The notes beneath the pieces were generated by a model that saw only the letters and a program-made list of their open reading frames with translations, did not search any database and was not told the DNA's origin. Below, piece after piece: positions 44,092-56,194 of a DNA stretch of 64,000 bases. The position numbers were made by a program, and so were the translations under genes. The stretch is from Epithemia pelagica (lineage: Eukaryota; Protista; Bacillariophyta), in NCBI GenBank assembly GCA_946965045.2, contig OX337236.1:1364001-1428000 (forward strand). The letters are read 5' to 3'. Numbering within the stretch: the first letter of the stretch is position 1; each line of letters starts with the position of its first letter.

Positions 44092-47000
44092 ATGGCGGAC
44101 GAGAAGAACCAGAATGATGATGAACACGACAACGACGACCCGGTCTTGATTCCTCATGCCTTTCATTGGAACTTACCGGAACATCATCGAATGAAACAAA
44201 CAAATGACGATCACGATAACAACAATGGCGGCCTTCCGTTCATGACGCATTTTGCCCATGCCAAGGCACGTCTTTTGGTCCAATTGTGTCATTCCATTCA
44301 ACTGTCGCCCGATCTCTTTGAACAAACCGCAACGAGTACCAACGACAGTTCGTCCGACAATGACAACGACAAGACTGCCATGTCGAATCACGAGGAGGAC
44401 GACGATGATGATGATGCAATGGTCATGGACGATGAAGACGAGGACGACGGTGAGGGAGAAGCAGGCGACGCAGTGGCCATGGATGTGGAGGAACGAAAAT
44501 CAGAATCTCTGGCCAATGTCTTGAAAAAATGTTATCGCTTGTCCTCACAGGCATCCGCCTGGGAAGGCTTTAAGTATGGTGGAATTACGCAAGAGGAGTG
44601 GGCCTCCATGATTCTACACATGATCCAATTGGTCACCACCTGCCTCATTCGAAACCCCGATGGAAGGATCCAATTGCTTGCTGAACCCACTGTCGGGTAC
44701 ATTCAACAACAACAACAACAAGAGGAGGAAACCACAAACAAGAACAGCCATGACTCGGAACAACAACCCTTTCAACCCATGTCGTCGGCTGCAGAACTCA
44801 AACAAGATTTGAAACATTCGTTTGCCTTGCCGTCGCCGGCACGAGAGGCCCTTTTGTCCGTTTTGAGTCAGTTCTTGTCCAACAAAGGGCCACTTCGCAG
44901 GGCTTCCAATGCCGCGCTTGTGCCTTTTTCACTCGACAACAATAATGATCCAGACCAACAACCACCACAAGACGACAAAGTGACTACCAATAGCCCTACC
45001 CAGCCATCCAATACAAGGGTTGGTCCTTCGTTTGCTCTCATTTTGCATTGGCAAGTATTGCTGAGATTATTGCTACGAACGGTGCCTTTTCTGGATGAAT
45101 ATGAGTCGGACCCTCTTCCCTTGGATTCCTCCTCACGCATTAGCACTGTCCAAAAACGAACGGTGCAGTTTATTCGTGATGCCCGGCGATTCTTTCCTGC
45201 CGAATCCACGGCTATGCAAGTATGGAATATGGTCCGTACCGATGTTTTGTTTCATTCTCATACCCACGCCTGTTATCGTGGCACCATTTTGCTATACCTA
45301 TTTTTACCCTCCCGAGCACCTCCACAATTTTACCAAACAGTCCTGCCGGATTGGTTCAATGCCTGGACCAATATTGATCGTTGTCCGGAGTACGACTTTT
45401 TGTGGATGGCTCTCTTTTGTCGGGCTCGCAAATATTTAGACAGTGCAACAACAACTACTACTACATCGAGTGAAGGGTCTCACTCTCCTTCATCATCACC
45501 TTCTTCTTCTCCCATGGATTGGTCCTCTGCCTGGTGTTGGATCCGACGACGGTTGTTGACCTTATGTCAATATTGGTGTCTTCTTCCCATTGGAGGGACG
45601 GCGCCGGATAAGTCGTGGATTCAAGCGCCTCATCCACGATCCCGAGCCTGTCCTTCCAAGCTCAAGGCATTGGCCACAGCCGGTTCTTCCTACGAAGAAG
45701 GGATTGATTTTGTGGCCAAAATTGCCAAACTCCTGGTCGCCAGTCTGGGTGGTCGTCGGACCACTGCGAATGGAGAGGTTTCGGAAGGGACGGCCGATAT
45801 TCTACGGTTCTTGACATATGTGGCTCCCTACTTTCATCCCAGTAATTTGGGATCGTGGACATTTACACTAGGAGCCTTTTTGCATTACTTTTGTTACGAA
45901 CTGGCGTGTCGGTTTGGTACAGCAGCCGGAGTGCGGCTCTTGAAACAACGTCACAGAGGAGTCTACAATGCCTTGGCCCAAGCACAACCAGCGCTCGTTT
46001 CACAAGCAGATCACTTGTCACCCCACGAAGTGGTGGTTCTGGTCAATGCCTTGGTTCCACTTTGTCAACAAGCACTCTATTCCAAGAATAGTCATGTCAG
46101 TCGAGCATCGGAAGCGGCCATGCTCTATCTCATTCAAATGGATCCGCGAACAACGGCGCCGGCCTTTTATGATTTTGGAATACGAGCCTTGGATATTGAA
46201 GCGGTGCATTCGGCGCATCAAGCACCGGCGGCCCTTTCGGCCTTGACACGATTGATTCAACCCACGTTGCGACGGGCTCCGACGGTATTGTTGCAGCGAC
46301 TTTCGGATATACTACGATTGACCTTGGCGGGAATTGATAGCAACGATCAAAACAAGACGATTCGGACCCTCATTTTCTATCGAAGTTTGGCCTCCTGGAT
46401 GCCTTTGGGTATTCATTTCAAGGATATCGCTCAAACACGGGTACCCATGTCGGCGCACCAACTGGAACAACTGGGCATTGTACGAACGGAAAGTAATGTG
46501 ATGCAAGTACTGGAACAAGCCATTCAGTCCAAGGAATATCGCGCAGCCCTGGCGGCCTTGCCAGCCAAGTCTTTGTTGTACCACAATGACATTGATGAAT
46601 ACAAAGACGACCCCAGTTCCTCCACCACGATCCGGGCCGATGACTTTTTGTTGGAGGAAATCAAAGATGCAACCGGTGATTGGGTCTTGGAGTTTTTGCC
46701 TCGTATTTTTGAATTGTTGCGTGCTTCGGGAGAACGTGAAAAAACGAGCAAACGTAGCTCGGGTGTGGCATCGCGACATTCCAGTGCCGATGTCAATGCG
46801 GCACGCAATTTTTCACGCGTGTTAAAAGAGTCCTTGTTTCAAGTCTTTGTGGCCATGCAAGGGGAAACCTTTGACTTGGCGGCCATGGCCGTAAAACGCT
46901 TTGTGGAAGAAGAGACCTTACCGGCGGCCGCCAAGGATGTCTCGCTCTTGTGTCAAGCCGTGTGTGCTGCACGAGGGGTACAAGACAATCCTGGATTGGA

Positions 47001-50000
47001 CCTGTTGGTGCCGGTCTTGACGAATGACTTGAAACACGGTTCAACAAAGACGGCCATTTATCGTGTCCGATGCTTGGCGGGATCGGTTCGGTATGCCGGA
47101 TTGTCCATACTGCGGCACAAACAGGTCTTGTCCGAGACACTCCAGTTTTGCTTTGCCTCACAAGACAGGGCCTTGTTCAAAACTGGTTGTAAGTTGATGC
47201 GACATTTGCTTTCGACCTTGACGGAACCGTATCCGCTTGGGATTGATTGCCGGCCTCGAGTGTATTTTGAGGGCAACGACGACAAACAATTGTTGTGTTT
47301 GGGAAAATCGGCCGAGTTGGCCAACGATCCAGTTCAATGGTTTCTTCCCAATGGAGAATGCGTTGAATTTGCCTGGGAAATCTTGAACACCAATGTGTTG
47401 GCACGGTTAGAGGAATTGCGAGCACCCATTTCATCTTCAGCAGAAAAAGGTGACGGTCCGCGCAGCCGCATGTTAAACGGCGCCGATGTTCCGGAAATCC
47501 GTCGTTGTCTGCGGTTGATCCGGTACGCTATTCGGGGTGGAGCTGGTATCCTGGTAGATGAGGAATTGCCCAGAGACAAGACGGATCCAAAAGATATTGT
47601 TCCCCACGAAGCAGCCTGTCACCAAATACTGGCCAAGGCAACGGAGGAAACGCGACAACTAATTTTGTTGGTACGACGGAACCTGTGCTCCTTCCTCGTG
47701 GTGTTAGCCTCCATCGTCGGATCCGATACGCTTCATCCCGGTGGACTCGACGAAATCAAATTGGATGAAAGCTACAGCAAAGCTGTTCCTCTCATTAGTA
47801 GGGATGCCAAAGTGTGCAAGGAGACATGTGACATTGCGTTGCTGTTGTTGACTCGACGGGGTGCCTCCTTTCGGTCTCAGGAAGCAATGACTGTATGGAA
47901 AGCACAAAAACAAGTCTCGAATGATTATACACTGTCCGCTGAGGTGGAAGTTGTGAATGAGGCAATGCAGGCGGCTGGAATGTTCACTCCTCATGTACTC
48001 TTCAAAGATGGAGAGGATGGTGGCAAGAGTATTCCACGGAGAGTTCTCGTGACGCGTTTACAATTATTCCATAATGCCATGATCCGCAGTGCCAGCTTTG
48101 AAGTCCCTAAACGAATGCGGCGTCATGCTACGTCCGAAAGCAACAAAAATGAAAAGCGAGAAATTCTCTTTAAGGCTGGGTCCAACTTGCCCGAAATGCT
48201 CGCCAATCTTGAACAAGTACTTGTCGGCAACAGTCCCCGGCCGCTCGATGGGTACGAAGGAATTTTGGATGGACTGCATGCTCTATGTTGTCACTCCAAT
48301 ACACAAGTCAGGGCATCCGCCATTGGAGTAGTAGACTATGCCCTGACGCGTTTCGGTTGGTTACTGAAGCCAAGAATAGGTCGTCTACTGGGGGCATTGT
48401 CACTCCAGGACAGTGAACAGAATGGAAAGTTTGGAATTCCCTCTTGCGCGTCGCTTACTGAGCAGCTCAACAATCAAGGCAAGAGAAAGCGCTTGTCGGA
48501 GGCCATGAAAGGAGTGTGTTCTATATTAGCACTCCAAAGGACGACCAAGTTCATCTTGGGTTCCCACAAACTTCGCCGAGATCTCATGAAAACTCTTTGT
48601 GAAACCGACCAATTGATTTCACTCATGCCGTCTGAGGAAGTTCAAAAAATGATCCACTATATGCAGAACATATTTTCACCCTTCCGTTCCAAAAATTTCC
48701 GCCTCCCTCGACCCACAAAGCAAGACAAAGAGAATCATGACTCATTGCTCAAGTTGAGTATTGACTTTTTGGCCGAGAGGAAGAAAACTAATGGCGAGGA
48801 TCAACAAGAAGACGGAGCCGAAGGAGGGTCTGCAGTCCATTGGAGGAAATTGTTACAGGCATGTTGGTGTCTTTTGGTTTCGATCGACAAAGAAGATGTG
48901 CTGCTGGGGGGTGAGAACATTCATGCCAGCTGGGACACCTGTGCACGGCTCATCGAGAACGAGCAAGGGCAACCTTTGCAACGGGTGGCACTGGGAGTCC
49001 TGGCGAAACTTTCATTTCTCTCAGATGACTCAGCGGTTGAAACTGCGTTGGGACCCAAGCTGGCGGAAGACTCATTTTGTAAAGCCTTGACTGACGCATT
49101 GGTGTACGACCACAAAGAAGACACGAGTTATGGAGGTGGCCACGAAGCTCAGTGGTCAACTGGAGTTGAAGACATAATACGCGAGTCATCTCGCTTGATC
49201 GCACCTCGGAATTTGTTTCCTTTCCAGAGAACCAACCTTGTTAGCGGATCTTTTAAAACTGCCCATTGTCAGCTGCTTTCACATGTTTTGACTTGTCTTT
49301 CTGAGAGCAAAGCGGAAGTGGTTATCAACAAACTGCTGAGTTTATGCAGAGAGCTGTTTTCGGCCCCACCCAATGAAGACCAAAAGAATCAGCAGGTCAC
49401 ATCGGCGGAAATCTTTGCTGGGATATGTCGTTATTACGTTAAATCGGGACTCATATCTGAGGATTTGTGGAAGAATAAACTCTTGCCTCATTTTGATGAT
49501 GCCATTCAAAAGTTACCTTTCACTCTGACGTCTGCCTATTCTGATGCTCTACGATTCTCGCTTCAATATTGTGATCCGTCTCTTTTCCATCCTTTGATTG
49601 AGTTTAGCGTGGACAAGGTTGCCAAGTCCATCTGGCAGACAACCCGCCGTGACAATGAAGAGGGTATTGCTTCTACAAATGGCTCATCTCATGGCACGGA
49701 TGGTTTCAATTCTCAATCCAAGTGGCTATACTTGACGTCCTCTATTCTGGTGGAGCTCGATATCACTGAAAGCGACAAAGTTGATGGCGAGAAACGTTGG
49801 TATCACAGCGCGTTGACCAGTCAAGTTTTCGTGGTGAACAACCATGTAGCATCTAGCTATCAAAGTTCATGGGACCTGGTCGAGGAAAAGCTAATGCCTC
49901 GTCTGCTCGACGCGCTCGGACATCCCTTTCATAGTTGTCGTGATCACATTGCGCGCTTGCTTTTCCGTGTCTGCAATTGCAACCGCAAAAGAAGCCGAAT

Positions 50001-51069
50001 CGTCGCATCTCGTGCTAATACTCAATCCATTGCTTCAAGTGAATCCACAACTATGGAAATTGATGATCGGGAGGACCCGGGTTCCGCAATTGTCAAAAAG
50101 ATCTCGAGTCTGAATTCGAACGAGGGGCTTTCTTTTCTGGACAAATACAACGCATTAAACACAGCCAGGCGATTCTTGTCGTATTGCCTTCATCTTGGTG
50201 AGGCCAAATTTGAGTTCACGGATTACATCATCCCTGTTCTCCCGACGGTCTTTGAGAGTTTGAAATCAACTGTGGAAGAGAGCATTGCTGATTCTACTGA
50301 AATATCTCAAGAAGATCAGGCGGCGTGGCGAGCTCTCGAGGCTGAAGTGACCAAAGGGTTTCGTTATTCGGTTTCGGAGATTAGTCAAACTACAAGTTCA
50401 CCGCTAAATCTTGGAGATGTGGACAAAATTCTTGGATTTGCCTTGAATGCTACTCGGCATGAAACATGGCAAGTGCGCCAGGCTAGTGCGCATTTCTTGC
50501 GATGTTTTCATGGTGCACACAAATTTCTTCTCACTGATCACCAGAATAAACAAACAATGACCATGGTGGCTGATTTACTGTCGGACGAGCGGCGGGAGGT
50601 GTGTTCAGCTGCCTTGGCCGCTTTGACGGGTTTACTTTCTGGTCTCTCCTCTGAAGAGGTAAAATTAATGGTTGACAAGTACGTCGTCCTAGCTAATCGG
50701 TCCAAGGTGAAACGAAAGAAAGCGGCGACAAATGGGTTATCCTCGACGGTCGACTCCAAGACAGAGCAGGACGAGAAGGAAGCTAAACGGGCAAAGAACC
50801 AGCAAACTTCCGTATATTTCTTGTGTGCTACGATCATGGCTCAGCCATACGAAACACCACCGTACGTCCCGGTTGCATTATCTGCTATATCAAAACATTC
50901 CTTTGAGAAAAGTGCACCATTGTCGGTTCGTGACACCGTCAAACGTTGTTGTGCGGAGTACAAGCGAACGCATATGTCGGACAATTGGGAAGAACACCGA
51001 GGCGCTTTTAGCCAAGAGCAAATGGACGCACTGGAGGATGTGGTGAGCACTCCGCATTACTATGCATAG
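44092..51069 (+). CDS. PSME4: Proteasome activator PA200/Blm10 (2325 aa, single exon)
   Basis: YFHPSNLGSWT, GIDSNDQNKT, C-terminal AQPYETPPYVP domain and terminal HbYX motif YYA. Length is typical for the family. Confidence 0.93.
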   Translation: MADEKNQNDDEHDNDDPVLIPHAFHWNLPEHHRMKQTNDDHDNNNGGLPFMTHFAHAKARLLVQLCHSIQLSPDLFEQTATSTNDSSSDNDNDKTAMSNHEEDDDDDDAMVMDDEDEDDGEGEAGDAVAMDVEERKSESLANVLKKCYRLSSQASAWEGFKYGGITQEEWASMILHMIQLVTTCLIRNPDGRIQLLAEPTVGYIQQQQQQEEETTNKNSHDSEQQPFQPMSSAAELKQDLKHSFALPSPAREALLSVLSQFLSNKGPLRRASNAALVPFSLDNNNDPDQQPPQDDKVTTNSPTQPSNTRVGPSFALILHWQVLLRLLLRTVPFLDEYESDPLPLDSSSRISTVQKRTVQFIRDARRFFPAESTAMQVWNMVRTDVLFHSHTHACYRGTILLYLFLPSRAPPQFYQTVLPDWFNAWTNIDRCPEYDFLWMALFCRARKYLDSATTTTTTSSEGSHSPSSSPSSSPMDWSSAWCWIRRRLLTLCQYWCLLPIGGTAPDKSWIQAPHPRSRACPSKLKALATAGSSYEEGIDFVAKIAKLLVASLGGRRTTANGEVSEGTADILRFLTYVAPYFHPSNLGSWTFTLGAFLHYFCYELACRFGTAAGVRLLKQRHRGVYNALAQAQPALVSQADHLSPHEVVVLVNALVPLCQQALYSKNSHVSRASEAAMLYLIQMDPRTTAPAFYDFGIRALDIEAVHSAHQAPAALSALTRLIQPTLRRAPTVLLQRLSDILRLTLAGIDSNDQNKTIRTLIFYRSLASWMPLGIHFKDIAQTRVPMSAHQLEQLGIVRTESNVMQVLEQAIQSKEYRAALAALPAKSLLYHNDIDEYKDDPSSSTTIRADDFLLEEIKDATGDWVLEFLPRIFELLRASGEREKTSKRSSGVASRHSSADVNAARNFSRVLKESLFQVFVAMQGETFDLAAMAVKRFVEEETLPAAAKDVSLLCQAVCAARGVQDNPGLDLLVPVLTNDLKHGSTKTAIYRVRCLAGSVRYAGLSILRHKQVLSETLQFCFASQDRALFKTGCKLMRHLLSTLTEPYPLGIDCRPRVYFEGNDDKQLLCLGKSAELANDPVQWFLPNGECVEFAWEILNTNVLARLEELRAPISSSAEKGDGPRSRMLNGADVPEIRRCLRLIRYAIRGGAGILVDEELPRDKTDPKDIVPHEAACHQILAKATEETRQLILLVRRNLCSFLVVLASIVGSDTLHPGGLDEIKLDESYSKAVPLISRDAKVCKETCDIALLLLTRRGASFRSQEAMTVWKAQKQVSNDYTLSAEVEVVNEAMQAAGMFTPHVLFKDGEDGGKSIPRRVLVTRLQLFHNAMIRSASFEVPKRMRRHATSESNKNEKREILFKAGSNLPEMLANLEQVLVGNSPRPLDGYEGILDGLHALCCHSNTQVRASAIGVVDYALTRFGWLLKPRIGRLLGALSLQDSEQNGKFGIPSCASLTEQLNNQGKRKRLSEAMKGVCSILALQRTTKFILGSHKLRRDLMKTLCETDQLISLMPSEEVQKMIHYMQNIFSPFRSKNFRLPRPTKQDKENHDSLLKLSIDFLAERKKTNGEDQQEDGAEGGSAVHWRKLLQACWCLLVSIDKEDVLLGGENIHASWDTCARLIENEQGQPLQRVALGVLAKLSFLSDDSAVETALGPKLAEDSFCKALTDALVYDHKEDTSYGGGHEAQWSTGVEDIIRESSRLIAPRNLFPFQRTNLVSGSFKTAHCQLLSHVLTCLSESKAEVVINKLLSLCRELFSAPPNEDQKNQQVTSAEIFAGICRYYVKSGLISEDLWKNKLLPHFDDAIQKLPFTLTSAYSDALRFSLQYCDPSLFHPLIEFSVDKVAKSIWQTTRRDNEEGIASTNGSSHGTDGFNSQSKWLYLTSSILVELDITESDKVDGEKRWYHSALTSQVFVVNNHVASSYQSSWDLVEEKLMPRLLDALGHPFHSCRDHIARLLFRVCNCNRKRSRIVASRANTQSIASSESTTMEIDDREDPGSAIVKKISSLNSNEGLSFLDKYNALNTARRFLSYCLHLGEAKFEFTDYIIPVLPTVFESLKSTVEESIADSTEISQEDQAAWRALEAEVTKGFRYSVSEISQTTSSPLNLGDVDKILGFALNATRHETWQVRQASAHFLRCFHGAHKFLLTDHQNKQTMTMVADLLSDERREVCSAALAALTGLLSGLSSEEVKLMVDKYVVLANRSKVKRKKAATNGLSSTVDSKTEQDEKEAKRAKNQQTSVYFLCATIMAQPYETPPYVPVALSAISKHSFEKSAPLSVRDTVKRCCAEYKRTHMSDNWEEHRGAFSQEQMDALEDVVSTPHYYA

Positions 51070-51210
51070 ATAAATACACTTGAAATAGAAAAGGTATAAA
51101 CCGCTATACTTTTAACGTAAGCGCTTGCTTGAACAACTACAGCCGCATTTAGCAGGGGTACCAATTCTTCCTTAAGTGGATTCTCACAGCTAGAGACCCT
51201 ACCCAAAGTG

Positions 51211-54200
51211 TCACCAGAACAATCCTCGTTCGCTCTGTTTTCGAAGTTCAGAAGCCTGATAACGAGAGTACCGCGCATGTCGTTAGTCCAAAATAAATTC
51301 TGTCGACCGTCACAAAATCTGCAAAAGGGTCTTGTTGATGCACTTACCATTTTTGCAAAATCTTCTGACGCGGACACCATCTGAGCAGATTTATCGCTCA
51401 ACGAAGAAAGTTTGTCCCCACGTTCCAAAAGAGCATTTCGCGTTTCACCCAGGGAGTTCATGAGACCACCCCTACTGTCTGCCGGCTCTTCGTTGTCTTC
51501 AGCAGTAGATCCAAACAACATATTCTTGGCTTGTTCCATCACGTCTCCACCAAACAACGAATCACGATTAGCCTTGTCTTCCGCTTCAAGTCTTTGCCGT
51601 CTGGCAGACGCACGAGACGCTGATCTCGCGGAGTCCATGCCAGAGGCTGAGGATGACGACGATTGTCTTGAAAATGTTCCTTTCGCCCTTTGTCTAGAAG
51701 AAAATGTGGTTGCAGAAGCCTTCGATTCCATTTGTGACGTTGTACGAACAAACTGTCCATCGCTCACTCGATATTCCTTTCCATTCACGAGTACTCTCTT
51801 GGTTGAGCATTCGTCACAGACGTGGCGCCAGGTTACGCGACATCGATGCTTCCGGTTCATGAGGGTACCGAATACTTTCCAACATATTGCACAGGATTTG
51901 TCGCTGCTGCCACCAGGTGCATCCGAATCTTCAATGACAGAAGTTCCCTCATCCAGTAAAAGAGGCGCCCAGCTGGGGTCACACATGGCACTTCCCATTT
52001 CACTGTAGCGAATCTGCGCCTTCTTCAGCCGTTCTTCACCACCAAGGAGATGAAGAATATGATCGTTAGAATCAATCTTTAAATTGGAGCGGTCGACTTC
52101 GGCCGTCAGTCCAGTTGACGTTTCTTGCAACGATTTCTGGGATGACTTTTGCGGAGAGGGCGTTCCAGTTTTACCGTTGTTAACGCCACGCTTCCGCTGT
52201 AATGGGGGAGGTTCCAAGGAAATCCTTGCTCCACCAGTTTGGATGAGAACTTCACATAATTGCGAAAGAACTGCATCCAGTTCTCCATAGGTACATTCAG
52301 GCAAGTCGGGTCCAATCTTTTCCAAAGCGAGAGCAGTAGCAGCAAGGATCTGGATCGGCGCAAAGCCAGCAAACAGTCCCAACAATATTTCTGGATCGTC
52401 ACTATCATCACAGGTGACTTCTTCCAGACGCTCATTGGATTCAAACCCACACTGTAACAGTAATCCAAGGCACTTAACCATGGGATGTTCGCTGGGTTTA
52501 TTCCCGTTCCAAGTGTTTGAGACTCCGACCGTAGCATGAACCACTTTCATGTACAACGATGCCAACAATCGATGAAGAGGATATCCATACAAGGCGGCCA
52601 GCGACTCTCCTTTTCGCGAGCTACCATACTGAGGCATGATATCCATGTTTCCCGTCAAAGGAAATCCAAGCTGAAGAAACTGCAGCAAGACAGCAAGATC
52701 CTCGGGGCGATGCGCCATGGCCAGAACGACAATAGGGTGACGTAAACCAGACCGAGGACCTTCTCTCGTTCCAAAAATGGTACCCTTTTTGGCTTTTAAT
52801 TCATGGATACAAGATTCCAAGTCCTTTGAATTCAGTTTTCCGGACACCAATGCAGTGTAGAGTGGGGTTTGACCCATGGAATTCACGGCATTGACGGATA
52901 CGCCAGGACGACGAGGACGCGATTCCTCAGACAAGAGTGTTTTGAGACCTTTGTAATTACGGTTTCGGGCGCAAATGTGCAAAAGGGAATCCTTGGATAA
53001 AGACGTGGTGTAGTCAAGGCTCGCTCCGTATCGAACGAGAAGAGCAATAGCATCATTCATATTTTGTTGACAGGCATAGTATAGAGGAGGATGACCATTG
53101 TCATCTGTGGCATCAATGATTCGTTCTGGCAAGGTCCGATTCTGAATCGGTTCCCCCATGTCATTAGCATCTCCTTTCTTGTTTGCGTGTTCCCACGTCC
53201 GCAGCAAGGCCTCCTCAAGCGCTTTGGTATTCCCCGACAACACATAGGCATGAAGAGTTCCCAGAATCACTTGATGTCTCAAAGTTGCGTCTTCATGGTT
53301 TCCTACTCCATGAGCTTGACACAAAGCATGGATCAAGGCATTCTCTGTTGACGTGATTTCCATAAAGGCCCCACTATCGGTAAAGGATATTTCCTGCTTT
53401 GATTTTGAGGGAGGTCGAATCTGAACAGCTGACAGACAAATACTGGTATCGGAAGGGGTCATGATTTCAAAACACGACAATTCCCGATCATGTTGAATTT
53501 TTTCAATAACTTGGGAGGCATAGTTGGTCGTCACAGGCGACAGGCGTATTTTACAAGTGGTCAAATCCACGACACTTTCGGCAATCCAATAATGTTGTAG
53601 AATCTGTTGAACTGGATCTTGATGCGAGTTGTTGTTATTGCTCTGATCTACCGATGAGTAGTCCACAGCAGTATAGTTGGACAGTTCATCGAGATCCTGA
53701 GCTCTCCGTAGAACCAAGAGTATTTGCGGATGTTCGTACAAGACAAGTAACCGAGCGGGAAAGGTGATACGGACAGGTGATTTCCACATGATAATGGTGG
53801 TTTGTTCCTTGACGCGTCGAAAGACAACTCGAGAAAAGACAACTTTGCGGCTTCCAGAGAGCGACATCCATCGTAAATTGTCCCAAACACCAGCACCGCC
53901 AAGTGAAGAAGACGCCTCTTGCGAAGGTGGAGCAAAGAGAATTTCGGAAGCCGTACCAATATGCATTTCTTCAACCATTCGAAGTCGTTCTTGTTCCTCA
54001 CTACTTACTGCAAACGCCTCATCAGTTGCGACACCAGTGGCTCCTGGTGTCTCTTCAGCAGGGGTGGTAGTCTCTACTCCATTTTCACTAGTACCATCCA
54101 TGGATTTAGATGCAGTGCACGTTGCTGGTGGATCGACACTGGTGTCTAGTTTGTCTTCCACTGAATCCTGGACTGACACGCTCTTCTGTGTCTTTGGAGA

Positions 54201-54524
54201 ATCTCCATTCGTAGACTCTGTCACAATCGGTTCTTGTGGTGTGGGTTCTGACTCTTTGTCGTCTTCTCCGGGTGCAGTTTTTGAGACAAAGACAAGTTCG
54301 TCGTCGTTTGACGTTTCTTCTACGGCAGTGGATGTTGTTTCATCAATGGAATCGGATACTTTTCGATCCGAGATCTCCTCCTTTTGCGTCATGGCTTTCG
54401 AGTCCTCTTCTTTTGTCTCGGGCGAAGTCAAGGGGGATGCAGTTGTAGCGTCCGAACTCGGAGCATCGGATCCTTGTGCCGTTGGCTCCAGTGGAGGGTC
54501 AACTTCTGAGTTGGATACAGTCAT
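51211..54524 (-). CDS. Ankyrin + degenerate FYVE-like + C-terminal soluble R-SNARE-motif protein
   Basis: Ankyrin repeats GHPPLYYAC, SLLHICA and GQTPLYTAL. FYVE-like CAICWKVF..RKHRCR..HVCDEC. SNARE motif LLERGDKLSSL. Intron 51347-51256 gives the terminus FAKMASELRKQSERGLFW-stop. Confidence 0.88.
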
Positions 54525-55111
54525 TTCAACAGCCTGCTTTGTATTGTTGGTCGTGGATACTTCGAGTTTCCACCGAGAAAGCCTTCAAGGAGAGGAATCG
54601 AGACGCTCAACCGGCAGCTGTATCGTCTTGTTGTTGGTTGGCAGCAGTCCCTGATGATAGCAATTGCCACAAGCGGAAGCCCTCTATAGCGATCACGGAT
54701 TTATCTTTCAAAGCCCAAGTGAGAAAGGATTACCACCAAAGCTCTCACACTCTCTCCTTTTACAAGTAACAAGTTTACAAGTAACAAGTATAATGCGTTC
54801 GCGTGTGCAACAAAATCGAAATCGATCCGACACAGACGGAAGGGGTCGCGGATATATTGCATGCCGCTACATCGACCCTTATCACGGAGAGTGGTCGTGG
54901 ATACAATGCATGCCAAGAGTTATTGGCAAGTATTGCAGACAACTCGATCGACATCAGCCTGTGAGTGTGAGAGGATAATACTCTCTCCATCTCCACAACC
55001 TCGATAGAATTCGGAGAAGAGTCTTGGCAGAGGTAAAGCAAACCGCAAACCTGGTGCGTGATCAGTGAGACGCGAGGATAAAGATCTGAACAAGAGACTG
55101 GAACAAAAACA

Positions 55112-55971
55112 ATGGCGACGTCTGCATCGCAAACACGACGAGACACCAACATTTTGTTGGGCGTCACTGGCTCGGTGGCGGCTGTCAAGGCTCCAGAAAT
55201 TGCAGTTTGTTTGTGTCGAGAGTTTATGGACATTCACATCAAAATTCTCTTGACAACGGGGGCACGAAACTTTTGGGAACAGTCCCGAACGTACAGCGAA
55301 TACTGGTGGACCGAATTGCAAAAGCTCGTGGAAAGAACAGAGAAGGAACGAAAAAAGCCAAAGATAGAGGGAGAAGAAGAGAATTCTACACAGGAAGCCA
55401 TTGTCAAACATTCATATTCTTTGGATACTGACGCTCCACCTACAATTCAAATTTTGGGTACGTGGTCAATTCACTGTTGGCAGGGCTCAAGGTCAATTCA
55501 CTCTCATGAATCTGTGCTGTTAATTGTTATTAACCTGCTGTAGATTCGGAAGAAGAATGGAGATCTTGGAACGAGCTTGGCGATCCGATACTACATATTG
55601 ATTTGCGTGATTGGGCGGACTGTCTCGTTCTGGCACCGCTTTCGGCCCATACGTTGGCCAAGGTGGCGCATGGGCTCTGCGACGATGCCTTGTCCTCCGT
55701 GGCGCGAGCTTGGGATATGGTCCACAAACCCATGGTCCTTGCACCGGCCATGAATACCTTCATGTGGGAACACCCATTGACTCAACAACAACTGGAAACC
55801 ATTCAACAGTTTTTTGTGCAAGCGGCTGCCGTACAGTCTGTAGCACCCGTTACATGTGCAATTGTAGCGCCTCAAGTGAAAACCTTGGCCTGCGGACAAG
55901 TAGGAAACGGAGCCTTGGCTTCTGTACCTGATATCGTAGAAGCGGTGAGGAAAGCTCTCAAGTTGGATTGA
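55112..55971 (+). CDS. PPCDC: Phosphopantothenoylcysteine decarboxylase (HAL3/CoaC flavoprotein)
   Basis: ILLGVTGSVAA, LHIDLRDWAD, APLSAHTLAKVAHGLCD, PAMNTFMW and LACG motifs (catalytic His, Asn and Cys present). Intron 55458-55543. Confidence 0.94.
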
Positions 55972-56194
55972 GTCAACTGTGCACGGTTTTCAGTGGTGGG
56001 TCGTCTCAAACAATCCATGTTTGCATTGATAAGAAGTCTCTCATTCCCCCCTCCCCATCTTCAGATGTCACATACCTATCGAAAAGGGGATCAATTTTAT
56101 CTATAGTATTGTCCATGACCATTTGGCTTTGGGACGTATACAAAAATCTACGTCTTGCATATCTATACACAATTTGACGGCGTGCCCCCACGCT

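Noticed and set aside
43556-44149. Poly-Leu, poly-Ala and poly-Ser ORFs upstream of PA200
   Set aside because: Products of the (GCT)12 microsatellite in different frames; no other coding signal.
51060-51210. Apparent overlap of the PA200 ORF with the 1154-aa minus ORF
   Set aside because: Artefact of reading through intron 51347-51256; the spliced gene stops at 51211, leaving about 140 bp between the genes.
53764-54654. 296-aa Ser/Val-rich plus-strand ORF
   Set aside because: Antisense shadow of the low-complexity acidic N-terminus of the ankyrin-FYVE-SNARE gene.
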